Shown here one piece after another: positions 31,094-40,429 of a stretch of 49,132 bases of DNA; position 1 is the first letter of the stretch, and the number at the start of each line of letters is the position of its first letter. The notes under the pieces are model-generated. The model was given only the letters and a program-made list of their open reading frames with translations. It did not search any database and was not told where the DNA came from. A program made the translations under genes and the position numbers. This DNA comes from Acidobacteriota bacterium (GTDB lineage: Bacteria > Acidobacteriota > Vicinamibacteria > Vicinamibacterales > CAVVIG01): positions 13,170-62,301 of the forward strand of contig JAHFUI010000008.1 in NCBI GenBank assembly GCA_023265175.1, read 5' to 3'.

Positions 31094-31156
31094 TTCAGCG
31101 TTCAGCGTTCAGGGTTCTGGGTTCGGCTCCGGGTTGCGGGTTTGGGGTGCGGAGTG
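31094..31156. repeat. Degenerate 7-nt tandem repeat (TTCAGCG TTCAGCG TTCAGGG TTCTGGG ...) between murG and murC
   Basis: Visible 7-nt periodicity that decays into the murC GTG start. Confidence 0.7.
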
Positions 31157-32581
31157 CTAGGCAAAACGCGCCGCGTGCATTTCATCGGCATCGGCGGCAG
31201 CGGCATGAGCGGCATCGCGGAGCTGCTCGCCAATCTGGGGTTCGTCGTCAGCGGGTCGGACGAATGGCGCTCGGCGGTCACCGATCGTCTCGCGTCGCTG
31301 GGCATTCCCGTCGCGCACGGACACGATGCTCGGTCGATCGGAGACGCCGATGTCGTGGTGGTGTCGTCGGCCGTCAGGGCGACGAATCCTGAAGTACGCG
31401 AAGCGGTGCGGCGCCAGATTCCGGTGATCCCGCGCGCGGAGATGCTGGCGGAGCTGATGCGCCTGCGGTTCAGCATCGCCGTCGCCGGCGCGCACGGGAA
31501 GACGACGACGTCGTCGATGATTGCGCTGGTGCTCGAACGGGCCGGCCTCGATCCGACAGCCGTCATCGGCGGCCGCCTGAGCGCATTCGGCAGCAACGCG
31601 CGGCTCGGCCGCGGGGAGCTCATGGTCGCCGAGGCCGACGAAAGCGATCGCTCGTTCTTGAAGCTGTTCCCGACGATTGCAGTGGTGACGAACATCGATC
31701 ACGAGCATCTGGAAAACTACGGCGGCTTCGACGACCTCCAGCAGGCGTTCGTCGACTTCGCCAACAAGGTCCCGTTTTACGGAAGCGTGATCGCCTGCGC
31801 CGACGATCCGAACCTCGCCGCGATCATGCCTCGCATGACGCGCCGCGTGACGACGTACGGCCTCGACGCGCCAGGATGTGATGTGACCGCAACCGATGTG
31901 GTCCTGCAACCACTGGGAATCGAGGCGATCGTGAAGCGTGGCGGCCGCCGCGCCGGCGAGCCGCCGGAGCCGGCGGCGCTGGGACGGCTCTCACTTCAAG
32001 TACCGGGCCGTCACAATCTGCAGAACGCGCTGGCGGCCGTCGCCGTCGGCCTCGAGCTCGGGCTGTCGTTCGATCGCATTCGGGCGGGCCTTCAGGAATT
32101 TCGTGGCGTGGAACGTCGCTTCGAGGTGCGTGGCGAGCCCAACCGGGTCCTCGTCGTCGACGACTATGCCCACCATCCGACGGAGATCGCCGCGGCGCTG
32201 GCCGCAGCGCGCGCCCTCAATCGACGGCTGATTGTCGCCTTTCAGGCGCATCGGTTCACACGGACCGCGGCGTTGATGGAAGGGTTCGGTCCCTCACTCG
32301 CCGCTGCCGATCACGTCGTGCTGGCCGACATCTACGCGGCCGGCGAGGATCCGATCGCCGGCGTCACCCTCGACGCGCTCGCGGCGGCCATTCGACGGGG
32401 CACGCGCGCGCCGGTCGACGTCGTGCTGGCGCTGGACGATCTCGTTCCCGCGCTGGTCCGCATCGCCCGCCCGGGCGACGTGGTGATGACGCTCGGCGCC
32501 GGTTCGATCGGAAGCGTGGTGGAACGGCTGATTGACGCGCTGGCGGCGAACGCCGACAGCGCGACCGGGAGCGGCACGTGA
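31154..32581 (+). CDS. murC: UDP-MurNAc--L-alanine ligase
   Basis: HFIGIGGSGMSGIA, AGAHGKTTT, EADESDRSF, DHEHLE, DDYAHHPTEI. Confidence 0.97.
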   Translation: MLGKTRRVHFIGIGGSGMSGIAELLANLGFVVSGSDEWRSAVTDRLASLGIPVAHGHDARSIGDADVVVVSSAVRATNPEVREAVRRQIPVIPRAEMLAELMRLRFSIAVAGAHGKTTTSSMIALVLERAGLDPTAVIGGRLSAFGSNARLGRGELMVAEADESDRSFLKLFPTIAVVTNIDHEHLENYGGFDDLQQAFVDFANKVPFYGSVIACADDPNLAAIMPRMTRRVTTYGLDAPGCDVTATDVVLQPLGIEAIVKRGGRRAGEPPEPAALGRLSLQVPGRHNLQNALAAVAVGLELGLSFDRIRAGLQEFRGVERRFEVRGEPNRVLVVDDYAHHPTEIAAALAAARALNRRLIVAFQAHRFTRTAALMEGFGPSLAAADHVVLADIYAAGEDPIAGVTLDALAAAIRRGTRAPVDVVLALDDLVPALVRIARPGDVVMTLGAGSIGSVVERLIDALAANADSATGSGT

Positions 32582-33426
32582 GTCGGGTTGCCGTCGCCGC
32601 CGACAAACGGTTTCGCCGCGCCCACGTGAAACCGGCGCGGCAGCGCCGAAACTGGCGCGTGTGGATGGAACGAACCGTTGGTTATGGGCTGATTGCGGCC
32701 GTCGTGCTGGTCGGGGCGTACCACAGCGCGGGAATCGTGGGGCAGGCCCACATGCTTCAAATCGAACGAATCGTCGTGCATGGCAACGAGCAGTTGTCGA
32801 GCGGCGAGGTCCTCGCCGTGCTCAGTGGCCTGCGCGGCCAGAGCCTCGTCTGGACCGATCTGAATGCGTGGCGGCGTCGCCTGTTGTCGTCGCCCTGGAT
32901 CCGCGACGCGGATCTCCGACGATCGCTGCCCTCGACGGTCGAAGTGGTCGTCTCCGAGCGGCGGCCGATTGGGGTCGGACGCATCGATGGCCTCATGTAT
33001 CTGGTCGACGACCGCGGCGTGCTCATCGACGAATACGGACCGCAGTACGCGGAATTCGATTTGCCGATCATCGACGGCCTATCCGCGCGGGCCGACGCCG
33101 GCACGATGACCGACGGCGCGCGGGTGGAGCTGGCCGCGCGTGTGATTGGGGCGCTGCGGTCCAATCCGGAGGTCGCCCGGCGGCTCTCACAAGTGGACGT
33201 GCGGGATGTGCACAACGCGGCCGTGATCCTGACCGGCGACCCGGCGGTGATCGGGCTTGGCGATCAGCAGTTCTTGCAGCGGCTGCAGTCGTATCTGGAG
33301 CTCGCGCCGGCCCTTCGTGAGCGCGTCGCCGATATCGATTACGTCGACCTGCGGTTCGACGGCCGTATTTACGTGCGGCCCGCCGGCAACATGGCGCCGG
33401 CCGGAGCTCCCAAAACGAGGCGATAA
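32578..33426 (+). CDS. ftsQ: Cell division protein FtsQ/DivIB
   Basis: One membrane helix, POTRA region (PWIRDADLRRSLPSTVEVVVSER), C-terminal YVDLRF. Confidence 0.92.
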   Translation: MSRVAVAADKRFRRAHVKPARQRRNWRVWMERTVGYGLIAAVVLVGAYHSAGIVGQAHMLQIERIVVHGNEQLSSGEVLAVLSGLRGQSLVWTDLNAWRRRLLSSPWIRDADLRRSLPSTVEVVVSERRPIGVGRIDGLMYLVDDRGVLIDEYGPQYAEFDLPIIDGLSARADAGTMTDGARVELAARVIGALRSNPEVARRLSQVDVRDVHNAAVILTGDPAVIGLGDQQFLQRLQSYLELAPALRERVADIDYVDLRFDGRIYVRPAGNMAPAGAPKTRR

Positions 33427-33449
33427 GCCTCAACGATCCCGGAGGCAGC

Positions 33450-34688
33450 GTGGCACGAAAAGAGCGGTATCTGGTCGGGCTCGACGTCGGAACCTCGAAA
33501 GTGACCGTCGTCGTCGGCGAGATGCTCGACGGTGAAGGGCTCGATATCGTCGGACTTGGCGTCGCCGAATCGCGAGGCATCCGCCGCGGCGTCGTCGTCA
33601 ACCTGGAGGCCGCCGTCGACTCGATCAAGAAGTCGATCGAGGAAGCCGAACTGATGGCCGGCGTCGAGATCGATTCCGTGCATCTGGCGCTGTCGGGTCC
33701 GCACATCAAGGGATTCAACAGCCGCGGCGTGATTGCGGTCGCAGGGAGGACGCGCGAGATCACGCGCGAAGATGTCCGGCGGGCGATCGACGCGGCCAAG
33801 GCCGTCTCGCTGCCGACGGGGCGGGAGATTCTACACGTGCTGCCGCAGGATTTCGTCGTCGACGAACAGGACGGCATCGGGGCGCCCGTCGGCATGACCG
33901 GCGCCCGGCTCGAGGTCAACGTGCACATCGTCACCGGCAGCCAGAACTCGACCCAGAACATCGTCGCGTGCGTGAACCGGGCCGGCGTCGCCGTCGCCGA
34001 AACCGTCGTCGAGCAGCTGGCGGCGAGTGAGGCGGTGCTGACCGAGGACGAAAAGGAGCTCGGCGTGGCGCTCGTCGACATCGGCGGCGGCACGACCGAC
34101 ATCGCGATTTACGAACGGGGGAGCCTGTGGCACACGGCGGTCATCGGCCTGGGCGGCGATCACTTCAGCAACGACATCGCGGTCGGTCTTCGCACGCCGG
34201 TTCCAGACGCCGAAAAGATCAAGCGTAAGTGTGGCTGCGCGTTGTCCGGCATGGTCGACGAGGACGAAACGATGGAAGTGGCGAGCGTCGGTGGCCGCAA
34301 GCCGCGGGTGATGGCGCGCCGTATCCTCTCGGAGATCCTTCAACCGCGCGCCGAGGAGATCTTCCATCTCGTGTGGGACGAAATCAGGCGCGCGGGTTAC
34401 GAGAAGAGCCTCAATTCCGGCATCGCGCTGACCGGCGGCGGATCCATCCTCGACGGCATGCCGGAAATCGCCGAACAGATCTTCGACTTGCCTATCCGGC
34501 GTGGATGTCCGGCCGGCGTCGGCGGACTCGCCGATCACGTGAACAGTCCCAGGTTCGCCACCGGTGTCGGGCTGGTGCTCTACGCGTACCGCAACTCCAT
34601 TGGCGGCGCTGTGCGCGTGCCGGTGGGTGCCGGTGCGTTCGGCCGCGTCGCCGGACGCCTACGCGGCCTGTTCAAGGAATTCTTTTAA
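33450..34688 (+). CDS. ftsA: Cell division protein FtsA
   Basis: [25 protein letters not shown], amphipathic C-terminus LRGLFKEFF. Confidence 0.98.
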   Translation: MARKERYLVGLDVGTSKVTVVVGEMLDGEGLDIVGLGVAESRGIRRGVVVNLEAAVDSIKKSIEEAELMAGVEIDSVHLALSGPHIKGFNSRGVIAVAGRTREITREDVRRAIDAAKAVSLPTGREILHVLPQDFVVDEQDGIGAPVGMTGARLEVNVHIVTGSQNSTQNIVACVNRAGVAVAETVVEQLAASEAVLTEDEKELGVALVDIGGGTTDIAIYERGSLWHTAVIGLGGDHFSNDIAVGLRTPVPDAEKIKRKCGCALSGMVDEDETMEVASVGGRKPRVMARRILSEILQPRAEEIFHLVWDEIRRAGYEKSLNSGIALTGGGSILDGMPEIAEQIFDLPIRRGCPAGVGGLADHVNSPRFATGVGLVLYAYRNSIGGAVRVPVGAGAFGRVAGRLRGLFKEFF

Positions 34689-34701
34689 AAAGGAGCGACG
34701 A

Positions 34702-36048
34702 ATGGCCGAACTGCACAACACGCCGAACATTGATGACGGCGGCGATGAGCGCCGCCTGCGCCTTCGCCTCGACGATGAGCAAGACATGGCAGCGCGAATC
34801 AAGGTCATCGGGGTTGGCGGCGGCGGCAGCAACGCGGTCAACCGGATGGTCGGCGCGCGACTCGATGGCGTCGAGCTCATCGTCGTCAACACGGACTTGC
34901 AGGCGCTTCGCACCAGCAAGGCGCCGATCAAGCTGCAGATCGGCAGCCGGCTGACCAAGGGACTCGGCGCGGGCGCCGATCCGAACGTGGGTCGGTCGGC
35001 CGCGCTCGAAGACACTGAAAAAATCATTCAGGCGCTGGACGGCGCCGACATGGTCTTCGTCACGACCGGTCTCGGGGGCGGCACGGGTACGGGCGCCGCG
35101 CCGGTCATCGCCAGTCTGGCCAGTGAGCTCGGCGTGCTGACCATCGCGGTCGTCACCAAACCCTTCAAGTTCGAGGGCAAGAAGCGGCAGGTGCAGGCCG
35201 AACGAGGGCTCGACGCGCTTCGTGAGTGCGTCGACACGATCATTACGATTCCCAACGAACGGCTCCTCACGATCATCGATCGGACGACGCCGCTGACCGA
35301 GGCATTCGCGATGGCGGACGATGTGCTGCGCCAGGCGATTCAAGGGATTTCGGATCTGATTCTGGTGCCAGGGCTGATCAACCTCGACTTCGCGGATGTG
35401 AAGACCATCATGGCCGGCATGGGATTGGCGATGATGGGGACCGGCATTGCGGACGGTCAGGACCGTGCGGTCGAAGCGGCGCGTCGCGCGATTTCGAGTC
35501 CGCTGCTCGAAGGCGCGTCGGTGAACGGCGCGCGAGCCGTCATCATCAACGTGACCGGCGGCCCCGATCTGTCGCTCGTCGAGGTCAGCGAGGCCTCGTC
35601 CATCGTGCAGGAAGCCGCCGACGAAGACGCGAACATCATCTTCGGCGCCGTGGTCGATCCGGCGTTGACGGGAACGGTCAAGATTACGGTCATCGCCACC
35701 GGCTTCGGTCCGCGGGCAGCCGTGAGCACTGCGGGAGCCGCCGCTCAGACGCCGGTCGATATGACCCGGTACGGAGACCCTGCGCGCCTGCGCGCCGCCG
35801 CGGCCGTATCCGTCGTGCCAGCAGCGGTTACCGAACGGCTGACATTGCGGCGCCTCTCGGCGGGACGCAGGCCGGCGATCGAGATTTCGCTGCCGATGGG
35901 CGAGGGCGGCGCAGACGCGCCGCAGGCGCCCGCGACGACACTGCCGCTTCCGAACCTGGTTGGCGCAGACTCTTTGCGTCACCCATTGGAGGAAGACGTG
36001 AATGGCCCCTTCGACGTCCCCGCATTTCTACGCCGGCAGGAAGGCTGA
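34702..36048 (+). CDS. ftsZ: Cell division protein FtsZ
   Basis: [31 protein letters not shown]-terminal [14 protein letters not shown] precedes ATG 34702. Confidence 0.98.
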   Translation: MAELHNTPNIDDGGDERRLRLRLDDEQDMAARIKVIGVGGGGSNAVNRMVGARLDGVELIVVNTDLQALRTSKAPIKLQIGSRLTKGLGAGADPNVGRSAALEDTEKIIQALDGADMVFVTTGLGGGTGTGAAPVIASLASELGVLTIAVVTKPFKFEGKKRQVQAERGLDALRECVDTIITIPNERLLTIIDRTTPLTEAFAMADDVLRQAIQGISDLILVPGLINLDFADVKTIMAGMGLAMMGTGIADGQDRAVEAARRAISSPLLEGASVNGARAVIINVTGGPDLSLVEVSEASSIVQEAADEDANIIFGAVVDPALTGTVKITVIATGFGPRAAVSTAGAAAQTPVDMTRYGDPARLRAAAAVSVVPAAVTERLTLRRLSAGRRPAIEISLPMGEGGADAPQAPATTLPLPNLVGADSLRHPLEEDVNGPFDVPAFLRRQEG

Positions 36049-36263
36049 GATCGGGCACCGGATCGGCGATGCTTTCGTCCATGTCCAGGTCAGGTCATCC
36101 TCACGGGGGCAGACGAGCGTCCTGGTGGTAAAGTAAATAGATCCACGGCACACGGGAGCGTCGGCGTCGGAGCAGCAAGCGCCGGACGGCCCGACATCGA
36201 TCAGGACAGGCGGTTCTATCGCCGCCAGCTTCCTCGCGCGTCCTGGCGTGATTATTTCCAATC

Positions 36264-38009
36264 ATGAAGTCCTGGGCCCAACGCGAACGCGCACTCGAAA
36301 TTCTGTCGAAAGAAGTCGGCTACGTTCGCAAGCCGCACGGCGGTCGTGTGCGCATCGCCCTCGCGTTTCCGAACACGTACTGGGTCGCGATGTCGAATCT
36401 TGGGTTCCAGACGGTCTATGGTCTGTTGAACGCGCAGGACAACATCGTGTGCGAGCGCGTCTTCCTGCCGCCCAAGCAGGAGCTCGCGGAGCTTCTCACC
36501 GCGAAAGCGCCTCTCGTCACCCTCGAATCGCAGACGCCCGTGGCAGAGTTCGACGTGTTCGCGTTTTCCGTCTCCTTCGAATGGGATTACGTGAACGTCC
36601 TCACGCTGCTGCGCCTTGCCGGCATTCCGGGACGCGCAGCCGAGCGCGACACGCGACATCCGCTGATCGTGATCGGCGGGGCGGTGACCTTCGTCAATCC
36701 CGAACCGCTAGCGCCGTTCGCCGACGTCATCGCCGTCGGCGAAGGCGAATCCTTGATTCCCGCGTTCGATCGCGCGCTGTCGGCGGCGACCGGTCGCGAC
36801 GATCTCTTGCGCCGCCTCGCGACCGAGCGCGGCTTCTACATTCCGCGCTTCTACGAGCCGCAGTACGCGCCGGACGGCACGCTCGCCGGCTACGCCACGT
36901 CCCCCGGCGTGGACGCGCCGGTCCCCGTCCGCAAAGCGGCGCTGAAAACCACGGAGGCGGTTGATCCGCCCGCGACCAGCGTCTTCACGCCTGACACTGA
37001 ATTCGGATCCCGGTTCCTGATCGAGGTCGTCCGAGGTTGTGCCAACTTGTGCCGCTTCTGCTGGGCCGGCTACAACTACCTGCCGGTTCGCGCGTTTCCG
37101 ACCGAACGCATCCTCGATCTGGCTGCTGCGGCGCGACCTCACGCCAGCCGCGTCGGGTTGGTGTCCATCGCCCTGTGCGATCACCCCGACATCGAAGGAA
37201 TTCTGGCGCGGCTCAACGAGATGGGCTATTCAATCAGTCCGGCGTCGCTCCGCCTCGACGATCTCACCGAGTCGATCGTCCGGGTGTTGCGCGAGAGCGG
37301 GGAGCGGACGATCACGATTGCGCCCGAAACCGGGTCCGATCGCCTCCGTCGCGTCGTCAACAAAACCGTCACGAACGACGAAATCCTCGATCGCGCGGAG
37401 CTGATTTTCGCCAGCGGGATCGAGAACCTGAAGCTGTACTACATGATCGGCCTTCCAACCGAGACGGACGAGGACCTCGTCGCGATTCGCGATCTGACGA
37501 TCCAGCTGCGCGAGTGCATGATGAAGCACGCGCGCGGGCGGGGCACGATCGGCCGAATCATCGGCAGCGTGAATCCGCTCGTGCCAAAGCCGGGGACGGC
37601 CTACCAGTGGCTGCCCATGGAAGATCCGACTGTCGTCGACAAGAAGATCAAGCGGCTGCGCGGCCTGACTGCGGACCTCGACAACGTGTACTTCAACATC
37701 AAGTCAGAACGGCATTCGTACCATCAAGCGCTGCTGTCCCTCGGCGACCGCCGGGTTGCGGCCGCGATCGAGGCGGCCGAGCGCAACGGCCAGCAATGGA
37801 GCGCTGCCGTGGCCGAAGCGGGCGTCGACGCGGACTCTTACATCTTTCGCGACCGCTCGCATGACGCCGTCCTGCCCTGGGACATCATCGACGGCGGCAT
37901 GAACGCGTCCTTTCTCCAGGCCGAGTTCGCCAAGGGCCTGCGCGAGGAATGGACGCTCCCCCTGAAACGACAGCAGGAAAACGCGCGCGTGCTGCCGGTC
38001 ATAGGGTGA
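36264..38009 (+). CDS. Radical SAM protein with an N-terminal B12-binding-like domain
   Basis: EVVRGCANLCRFC (CxxxCxxC), FPNTYWVAMSNLGFQ, APETGSDRLR, KLYYMIGLPTE. Confidence 0.9.
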   Translation: MKSWAQRERALEILSKEVGYVRKPHGGRVRIALAFPNTYWVAMSNLGFQTVYGLLNAQDNIVCERVFLPPKQELAELLTAKAPLVTLESQTPVAEFDVFAFSVSFEWDYVNVLTLLRLAGIPGRAAERDTRHPLIVIGGAVTFVNPEPLAPFADVIAVGEGESLIPAFDRALSAATGRDDLLRRLATERGFYIPRFYEPQYAPDGTLAGYATSPGVDAPVPVRKAALKTTEAVDPPATSVFTPDTEFGSRFLIEVVRGCANLCRFCWAGYNYLPVRAFPTERILDLAAAARPHASRVGLVSIALCDHPDIEGILARLNEMGYSISPASLRLDDLTESIVRVLRESGERTITIAPETGSDRLRRVVNKTVTNDEILDRAELIFASGIENLKLYYMIGLPTETDEDLVAIRDLTIQLRECMMKHARGRGTIGRIIGSVNPLVPKPGTAYQWLPMEDPTVVDKKIKRLRGLTADLDNVYFNIKSERHSYHQALLSLGDRRVAAAIEAAERNGQQWSAAVAEAGVDADSYIFRDRSHDAVLPWDIIDGGMNASFLQAEFAKGLREEWTLPLKRQQENARVLPVIG

Positions 38010-38010
38010 C

Positions 38011-38071
38011 ATCGGAATCTGGTAATTGAGTAATTTGGTAATTGCAATTGCCCGGTTACCAGATCCGATTA
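38011..38071. repeat. 8-nt periodic repeat hairpin, same family as 2063-2151
   Basis: TGGTAATT GAGTAATT TGGTAATT units and inverse AATTGCCC GGTTACCA, between convergent genes. Confidence 0.85.
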
Positions 38072-38374
38072 CGTCGCGATGGCGGCCCGCTCCTCGTACT
38101 CCTGATACGCCTGCAGAATGAGCTCACGCACGGTGTTTTGCGCCGTCGTGTCGACAATCGGCCGGAGCAGCGCGAAGCTGCGACGGTCGCCGTTGATCGT
38201 GTACGAGCGCGCCGGGAACGTGACGTTGTAACCACCCGCGCCACCGCGGCGTTCCCAGATGGAAAAGCCGATCAGCTTCAGGCCGTCGAGCGGCCCTTCC
38301 GTGAAATGCAATTCAGCCTCGGCGACTTTTCCAGGAGGGTTGCCCTTGTCGTTTGGCGTAATCTTGACGATCAT
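38069..38374 (-). CDS. Small SpoVG-like nucleic-acid-binding protein
   Basis: 101 aa with AAGGAG RBS. Pattern GKVAEAELHF...LKLIGFSIWE...NVTFPARSY...RELILQAY parallels SpoVG (A.V.F...I.GI.V......V.MPS....IL.AY). Confidence 0.7.
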   Translation of the reverse strand: MIVKITPNDKGNPPGKVAEAELHFTEGPLDGLKLIGFSIWERRGGAGGYNVTFPARSYTINGDRRSFALLRPIVDTTAQNTVRELILQAYQEYEERAAIAT

Positions 38375-38426
38375 AACAGTCTCCTTCGTAGTGACGCTGC
38401 GCAACCAGCCGCGCCGGACGACTCGC

Positions 38427-38505
38427 TAGGAGTCCGAGTAATGACCGAAACAGGCTCCTAAATTTAGCTAGGAGCGTGTTCCGGTTTCTCAGACACGCTC
38501 CTAGC
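38427..38505. repeat. Two tandem TAGGAG...CTCCTA inverted-repeat units
   Basis: 38427-38460 and 38467-38505. The second has perfect 13-bp arms GCTAGGAGCGTGT/ACACGCTCCTAGC. Confidence 0.75.
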
Positions 38506-38672
38506 GTCATCAAGACGAATGCCTGCGCGCGATTGCGGACGCGTCGACGTAACCGGTGGTGGAATTTGGGTTTTGGCGTGGTGCGATCTGAGCGGCCGAT
38601 CCGGAGGAGCTGAGGCCGGTGGTAAACGCCAACTGGCGTTGCGAACGCTGCGGAAGGGAGCTAACCGAGGAG

Positions 38673-39056
38673 CTAACCGCCGAGAATCAGGACCTGCGCC
38701 ATTGCCAATTCATCGGAATGCGTGATGGTCAGGAGCGACGATTGGCCGCCGATGGCGGTCAGCCGATGTCCGGCACCCCCGTGAAAACGCAGGTGCGGCG
38801 GGCCACCGTGGCGGACGACCTCGATATCGCACCACAGCACGCCCTGCGAGTGACCGGTCCCGAGCGCTTTCATGGCCGCCTCTTTCGCCGCGAAGCGGCC
38901 CGCGAAATGAATCGCGGGTACGCGCCGATGCGTGCAGTACGCAATCTCGCCGGCCGTGAAGATCCGCTGCAGAAAGCGGTCGCCATACCGTGCGATCGTC
39001 GCCTCGATGCGGTCGATATCGGTCGCATCGAACCCGAGCCCGATGATATTTGGCAT
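38673..39056 (-). CDS. acpS: Holo-[acyl-carrier-protein] synthase
   Basis: IIGLGFD, RFLQRIFT..E, AGRFAAKEAAMKALGTG, LTITHS. Confidence 0.96.
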   Translation of the reverse strand: MPNIIGLGFDATDIDRIEATIARYGDRFLQRIFTAGEIAYCTHRRVPAIHFAGRFAAKEAAMKALGTGHSQGVLWCDIEVVRHGGPPHLRFHGGAGHRLTAIGGQSSLLTITHSDELAMAQVLILGG

Positions 39057-39092
39057 AGTCTCTGCTCAAAGGGAAAACGCTCCACCACAGAA

Positions 39093-39926
39093 ATGATACT
39101 GCCTCAACCGAGCAGTGCGTTCGAATGGAGACAGTTGGACGCGGGAACGGCGCTCGTGTGCCGGCCGCTCGAAGCCATCGCCCGCCACCTGTTCACCACG
39201 CGGTCGTGGCCTCTGGGCTCATCCGGATCTACAGCCGGTGACGCCGCGAGCTGGAGCGATATCGCCAGATCGATGGACGTCGGGTCGGACCATTTGCTGC
39301 GAGTCCACCAAGTGCACGGCGCGAGCGTGGTCGTCCAGCGCACGGGACAGGCGAGGGCCGAGCACGCCGAGGCGGATGTGATCCTCAGCGACGATCCGTC
39401 GGTCGTGCCGAGCATCCAAACGGCGGACTGCGTGCCGCTGCTGATCGCCGATTCGCGGACCGGCTCGGTCGCGGCGGCGCATGCGGGCTGGCGGGGCGTC
39501 TCCCTTCGCGTGCCAGCGGTCACGGTGCGGGCGCTGGCGGAGGCATTCGGCAGCCGTCCGTCGGATCTTGTCGTCGCCATCGGGCCGGCGATAGGGTCGT
39601 GCTGCTATGAGGTCGGCACCGACGTACGGAGTCAGTTCGAAGCAGCCGGCTTTCCGGCCCCCGACCTGTCGCGCTGGTTCCACAGCGAGCCTGATCAATC
39701 ACCGACGAACCCACCGCTCAATGGATTGAGAAATCGCACAGGCCATTGGTTCCTGGATTTCTGGACCGCGGCGCGCGACCAGCTCATCGAAGCCGGCGTT
39801 CCAGCCGGTCAGGTGTTCGCGGCGGAGCTCTGCACCGCGAGCCATCCGGATGCGTTTTGCTCGTACCGACGCGATGGGTCGCGATCCGGCTGCCTGGCTG
39901 CAGCCATCAGGAAGTTTAAAGCCTAA
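39093..39926 (+). CDS. pgeF: Peptidoglycan editing factor PgeF (YfiH family)
   Basis: FTTR, QVHG, TADCVPLL, AAHAGWRG, IGPAIGSCCYEVG, CT, SYRRDG. Confidence 0.94.
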   Translation: MILPQPSSAFEWRQLDAGTALVCRPLEAIARHLFTTRSWPLGSSGSTAGDAASWSDIARSMDVGSDHLLRVHQVHGASVVVQRTGQARAEHAEADVILSDDPSVVPSIQTADCVPLLIADSRTGSVAAAHAGWRGVSLRVPAVTVRALAEAFGSRPSDLVVAIGPAIGSCCYEVGTDVRSQFEAAGFPAPDLSRWFHSEPDQSPTNPPLNGLRNRTGHWFLDFWTAARDQLIEAGVPAGQVFAAELCTASHPDAFCSYRRDGSRSGCLAAAIRKFKA

Positions 39927-40005
39927 AGTTCAAAGTGGAAAGCAAGTGGAAGTGGGAAGTACTTTGGACTTACTTCTAACTTTCGCCTTTGAACTTTGAA
40001 CTTCC
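39910..40005. repeat. 7-nt periodic repeat hairpin (AAGTTCA-type units and inverse TTGAACT)
   Basis: AAGTTTA AAGCCTA AAGTTCA AAGTGGA ... TTCGCCT TTGAACT TTGAACT. Contains both convergent stop codons. Confidence 0.85.
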
Positions 40006-40419
40006 ACGAAGCGGCGCGTCCATCGCGGCGTTCGCGAGCCGATCGGCGTGCGCGTTGAGCGCGCGGCCGACGTGTTCGAACGTCACGCGACCGATGTCGT
40101 GCGCGAGCAGGCGCGCGGCGGCGTACAGCGGCTTGAGGCCGGGGTGCTTCACCTTGTAGTTGCCGCGCATCTGCTGGACGAGGAGGAGCGAATCCGATCG
40201 CACGTGCACGGCGCGATGGCCGTGAGCCCGCGCCCATTCCAGCGCCGCAAGCAGCGCGCGATACTCGGCGACGTTGTTGGTCGCCACGCCAATCGATTCG
40301 CAGAACTCCTCGACGAGCGTGCCGTCGGCCTGCTCGATGCGGACGCCGTAGCCGGCCGGGCCGGGATTGCCGCGAGCGCCGCCGTCGATAGAGGCGACGA
40401 TTCCGGGTTCAGGGCTCAA
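39976..40419 (-). CDS. rnhA: Ribonuclease HI family protein
   Basis: IDGGARGNPGPAG, TNNVAEY, SDSLL, N.HADRLAN (D-E-D-D catalytic set). Start uncertain; TTG 40419 proposed. Confidence 0.9.
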   Translation of the reverse strand: MSPEPGIVASIDGGARGNPGPAGYGVRIEQADGTLVEEFCESIGVATNNVAEYRALLAALEWARAHGHRAVHVRSDSLLLVQQMRGNYKVKHPGLKPLYAAARLLAHDIGRVTFEHVGRALNAHADRLANAAMDAPLRGSSKFKGES

Positions 40420-40429
40420 GGTTCCGAAT

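Noticed and set aside
36040-36263. TPP riboswitch, SRP RNA or 6S RNA call
   Set aside because: Only isolated sub-motifs (CTGAGA, TCAGGTC) are present without the rest of each consensus; kept only as an unassigned structured candidate.
38619-39092. N-terminal extension of PgeF in the 435-aa ORF
   Set aside because: It is antisense to acpS; PgeF similarity begins at ATG 39093.
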